DNA from: an uncultured delta proteobacterium
GTDB taxonomy: Bacteria > Myxococcota > Myxococcia > Myxococcales > Myxococcaceae
DNA: 64,000 nucleotides
Reading direction: 5' to 3'
Assembly (NCBI GenBank): GCA_963713045.1
Contig: CAVQKE010000003.1
Coordinates: 352,001 to 416,000, forward strand
The notes below the pieces were generated by a model. It worked only from the letters and a program-made list of their open reading frames with translations, had not been told where the DNA came from and did no database searches. The position numbers and the translations under genes are program-made. Below are positions 61,303 through 64,000 of this stretch, piece after piece; the first letter of the stretch is position 1; each line of letters starts with the position of its first letter.

Positions 61303-61934
61303 GCGCAGACGTCGAGATAGATGGCTGGCTTGCCGGCCTCGGCTTCGCCCCAGGTCCCCCGCGCACCGCCGCCCGCGCCGCATTGGAGGAGGCGCAGCTC
61401 ACCCGGCCCAACAAGGCGCGAATGAGCACGCAAAAACTTGAGCGGGCCGCAGCCCAGCTTGCTGCCCGCTTCACGCTTCACTGTGCGAGCGCGGCTTGCA
61501 CCGAGGCCGCTCGGCGCTCGGGGCGGGAACCCCTGTTGGCCGCCACCAAGGCCCACTGTCCTTACTGTGGGGGCTCCGACAACGCGCGCGCGGCGCGAGA
61601 CCTCCTCGCCGCCTGCGCCCGGGCCGGCGTCCGGCGAGTGTTGGTGGTGGGCGGCTCACCGGCCGTGCGCGAGGAACTCCACGCCGTGCTGGGCGAACAA
61701 CTTGCGTTACGGACCGTCGACGGCACCGAGCGGCGGACACAGGAGCGCGCCCGCGGCGACCTCGAGTGGGCCGACCTCGTCCTGTTGTGGGGCGCGACAC
61801 AGCTGGACCACAAGGTGAGCGCGCACTACGCCCACCCACCGGCCGCGCTGCGCGGAAAGCTGGTGCAGGTCGCGCGCCGGGGCATTGCCGCACTGCTGAC
61901 GGCGGCGGTGGAGCATTTAGGCCGGAGGCGTTGA
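61299..61934 (+). CDS. Hypothetical protein with Cys cluster and DUF2325-like C-terminal domain
   Basis: TTGA overlap with rnhB; CxxxxC...CPYC; VLVVGG...ADLVLLWG...DH. Confidence 0.65.
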   Translation: MSADVEIDGWLAGLGFAPGPPRTAARAALEEAQLTRPNKARMSTQKLERAAAQLAARFTLHCASAACTEAARRSGREPLLAATKAHCPYCGGSDNARAARDLLAACARAGVRRVLVVGGSPAVREELHAVLGEQLALRTVDGTERRTQERARGDLEWADLVLLWGATQLDHKVSAHYAHPPAALRGKLVQVARRGIAALLTAAVEHLGRRR

Positions 61935-61970
61935 GCGTCGCGCTCCCCAGCACCCGACGCGAGGCAACCC

Positions 61971-62512
61971 TCAGCCCCCAGCAGGAGCGAAGGTGACGTC
62001 AACGGTGGCGCTTCCCGCGTCGACGCCGGGAACCGGGAGCCCTGCGGGCGCCAGAGTCACGCTGAGGAAGCCGGTCGGGTAGTCCCAGTTCGTCAGCGTT
62101 GGGTCTCCACGCGCCGGGCCGGGCGAGGCGATGGTCAGCTCGAAAGCCGTGACCAAGTTCCATGTTTGCTGACTGACGGTGAGTGAACAGCCGAGGTTGC
62201 TGACCGTCGCTTGACCATAACTGCCTGGCTCGAGCACCGTACCCGGAAGCACCCCACCGCAGGCGAATGAGAGGTCCTCGTGGTTTCTACGAAGAAGCCC
62301 AACACCCAGCCTCCGTCCCGAGATTCGAACTCATCGCTGTATTGGACCAGCGCGTAGACGGGCGCCGTGCCAGCGACCGCGCCGCGGTAGGTGGCGGCAC
62401 CGGTGGACGTCCCCCCGGCTGGGTAAACGCCGTCGGGCGCCTCGGTGGAGGTGCCGCAACCCACGAGGAATGCCAGCACTGCACCACAGAGAATGCGAGC
62501 CGCCCCATGCAT
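61971..62512 (-). pseudogene. Putative lipoprotein split by one frameshift (possibly a sequencing error)
   Basis: Lipobox LVGC in the ORF from 62512. One extra A in the run at 62284-62286 would join it to ORF 61971-62252 (...VE-NH-EDLSFACGGVLPGT...). Confidence 0.5.
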
Positions 62513-62684
62513 CCAGTACCCCGGTTGCTTGTAGCACTCCTCCGTCGCCATCGGTCGTTCCCGCCGCAGCCCGCCTTGAGCGTTGCTGTCGGCGGCGCGC
62601 TCTCACCAGGAGCCACCTCCGCCCTAGCCGCTGCCACGCAGTGAGGCCGGTGACCTATGCTAAGCCCCCCTCTCGCGAGCATCT

Positions 62685-64000
62685 ATGGCCCCGGAATCAG
62701 CCCAACACCCCGAGCTTGAGTCTTTCTGGATGCCCTTCACCGACAATCGCGCTTTCAAGGCCAATCCGCGGCTCCTCGCCTCGGCCAAGGGCATGCACTA
62801 CACACGCCGGACGGTCGCGCCGTCCTCGACGGCACGGCCGGGCTCTGGTGCGTCAACGCGGGCCATTCGCGCCCGAAGATCGTCGAAGCCATCCAGAAGC
62901 AGGCGGCCACGCTCGACTTCGCGCCGGCCTTCCAGATCGGCCATCCGCTCGTCTTCGAGTTCGCGCAAAAGGTGTCGGAGATATTTCCGGCGGGCATGGA
63001 CCGCGTGTTCTTCGCCAACTCCGGCTCCGAAGCGGTCGATTCGGCGCTCAAGATCGCGCTCGCCTATCACCGCGCCATCGGGCAAGGCAGCGCGCACGCG
63101 GCTCATCGGCCGCGAACGCGGCTATCACGGCGTCGGCTTCGGCGGCATCTCCGTCGGCGGCCTCGTCAGCAACCGGCGGACGTTCACGCTGCTGCCGGGC
63201 GTCGATCATCTGCCGCACACCCTCGACCTGACCCAGCAATCGGCCTTCACGCGCGGGCCAACCCGAGCAGGGCGCACATCTGGCCGACGCGCTCGAGGGC
63301 ATCGTGGCGCTGCATGGCGCGGAGACGATCGCCGCCGTGATCGTGGAGCCGGTGGCCGGATCGACGGGCGTGCTGGTGCCGCCGAAGGGCTATCTCGAAC
63401 GACTGCGCGCGATCACCAAGCGCCACGGCATCCTTCTCATCTTCGATGAAGTCATCACCGGCTTCGGCCGTCTGGGCGCGCCGACCGCGGCGCGAATATT
63501 TCGGCGTGACGCCGGACATCATCACATGGCCAAGGGCATCACCAACGCCGCCGTGCCGATGGGCGCCGTGTTCTGCGCGCGCACATCTACGACGCGATCC
63601 TGGCAGAGCGCTCCGCGAGCCGGGCATCGAGCTCTTCCACGGCTATACCTATTCCGGCCATCCGCTGGCGTCGGCGGCGGGCCTCGCCACGCTGGAGGTC
63701 TATCGCGACGAAGGCTTGTTTCGGCGCGCGGCCGCGACTTGCGCCCTTTTGGGCGGACGCGGTCGCATGCGCTGCGGGCGGTCCGCAATGGTGATGGACA
63801 TCCGCAATCTGGGGCTGATGGCCGGCATCGAACTTGAGCCGCGCGCGGGCGCCCCCGGCGCGCGCGCCATGGAGACGTTCCATCGCTGCTTCGACGAAGG
63901 CGTGCTGATCCGCGTCACGGGCGACACGATCGCATTGTCGCCGCCGCTGATCGTGGAGAAAGCGCAGATTGAAGAGTTGGTCGGGATGCTCCGAGGGGTT
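62685..64000 (+). pseudogene. Class III (omega-amino acid:pyruvate) aminotransferase with multiple frameshifts; runs off the window end
   Basis: [58 protein letters not shown] and ALSPPL are spread over changing reading frames. Confidence 0.85.

Overview
High-GC (about 70% by eye), gene-dense chromosomal segment from a myxobacterium (Myxococcales, Myxococcaceae-like). The main evidence is a 164-aa CdnL nearly identical to the Myxococcus protein as I recall it, plus the cdnL-cysS-uvrB-uvrC-DUF507 gene order. The window holds about 55 genes, mostly core: maf/yggS, chrA, uvrABC, cysS, cdnL, purA, an AddAB-type helicase-nuclease pair, nadA, iscA, moeZ, rsmB, a Liv-type ABC transporter and rnhB. 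I saw no rRNA, tRNA, CRISPR array or transposase. Highlights: (1) a metallophosphoesterase that aligns motif by motif, over its whole length, with the eukaryotic RNA lariat-debranching enzyme Dbr1 (a 2',5'-phosphodiesterase); it is divergent from uvrA and upstream of addBA, in the lineage where 2',5'-branched msDNA was discovered; (2) an AddA with an intact motor and a catalytically degenerate nuclease domain that keeps its Fe-S-type cysteines; (3) a stand-alone Hpt protein with Gln in place of the phospho-acceptor His; (4) an orphan secreted, membrane-anchored CHAT (caspase-like) protease; (5) a sigma54-type promoter ahead of a 56-aa membrane microprotein; (6) near-total GATC avoidance that breaks down in the last ~1.2 kb, where frameshifts also pile up, suggesting low-quality or chimeric assembly at the window end. 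All family assignments come from motif recognition by eye; no database search was run.
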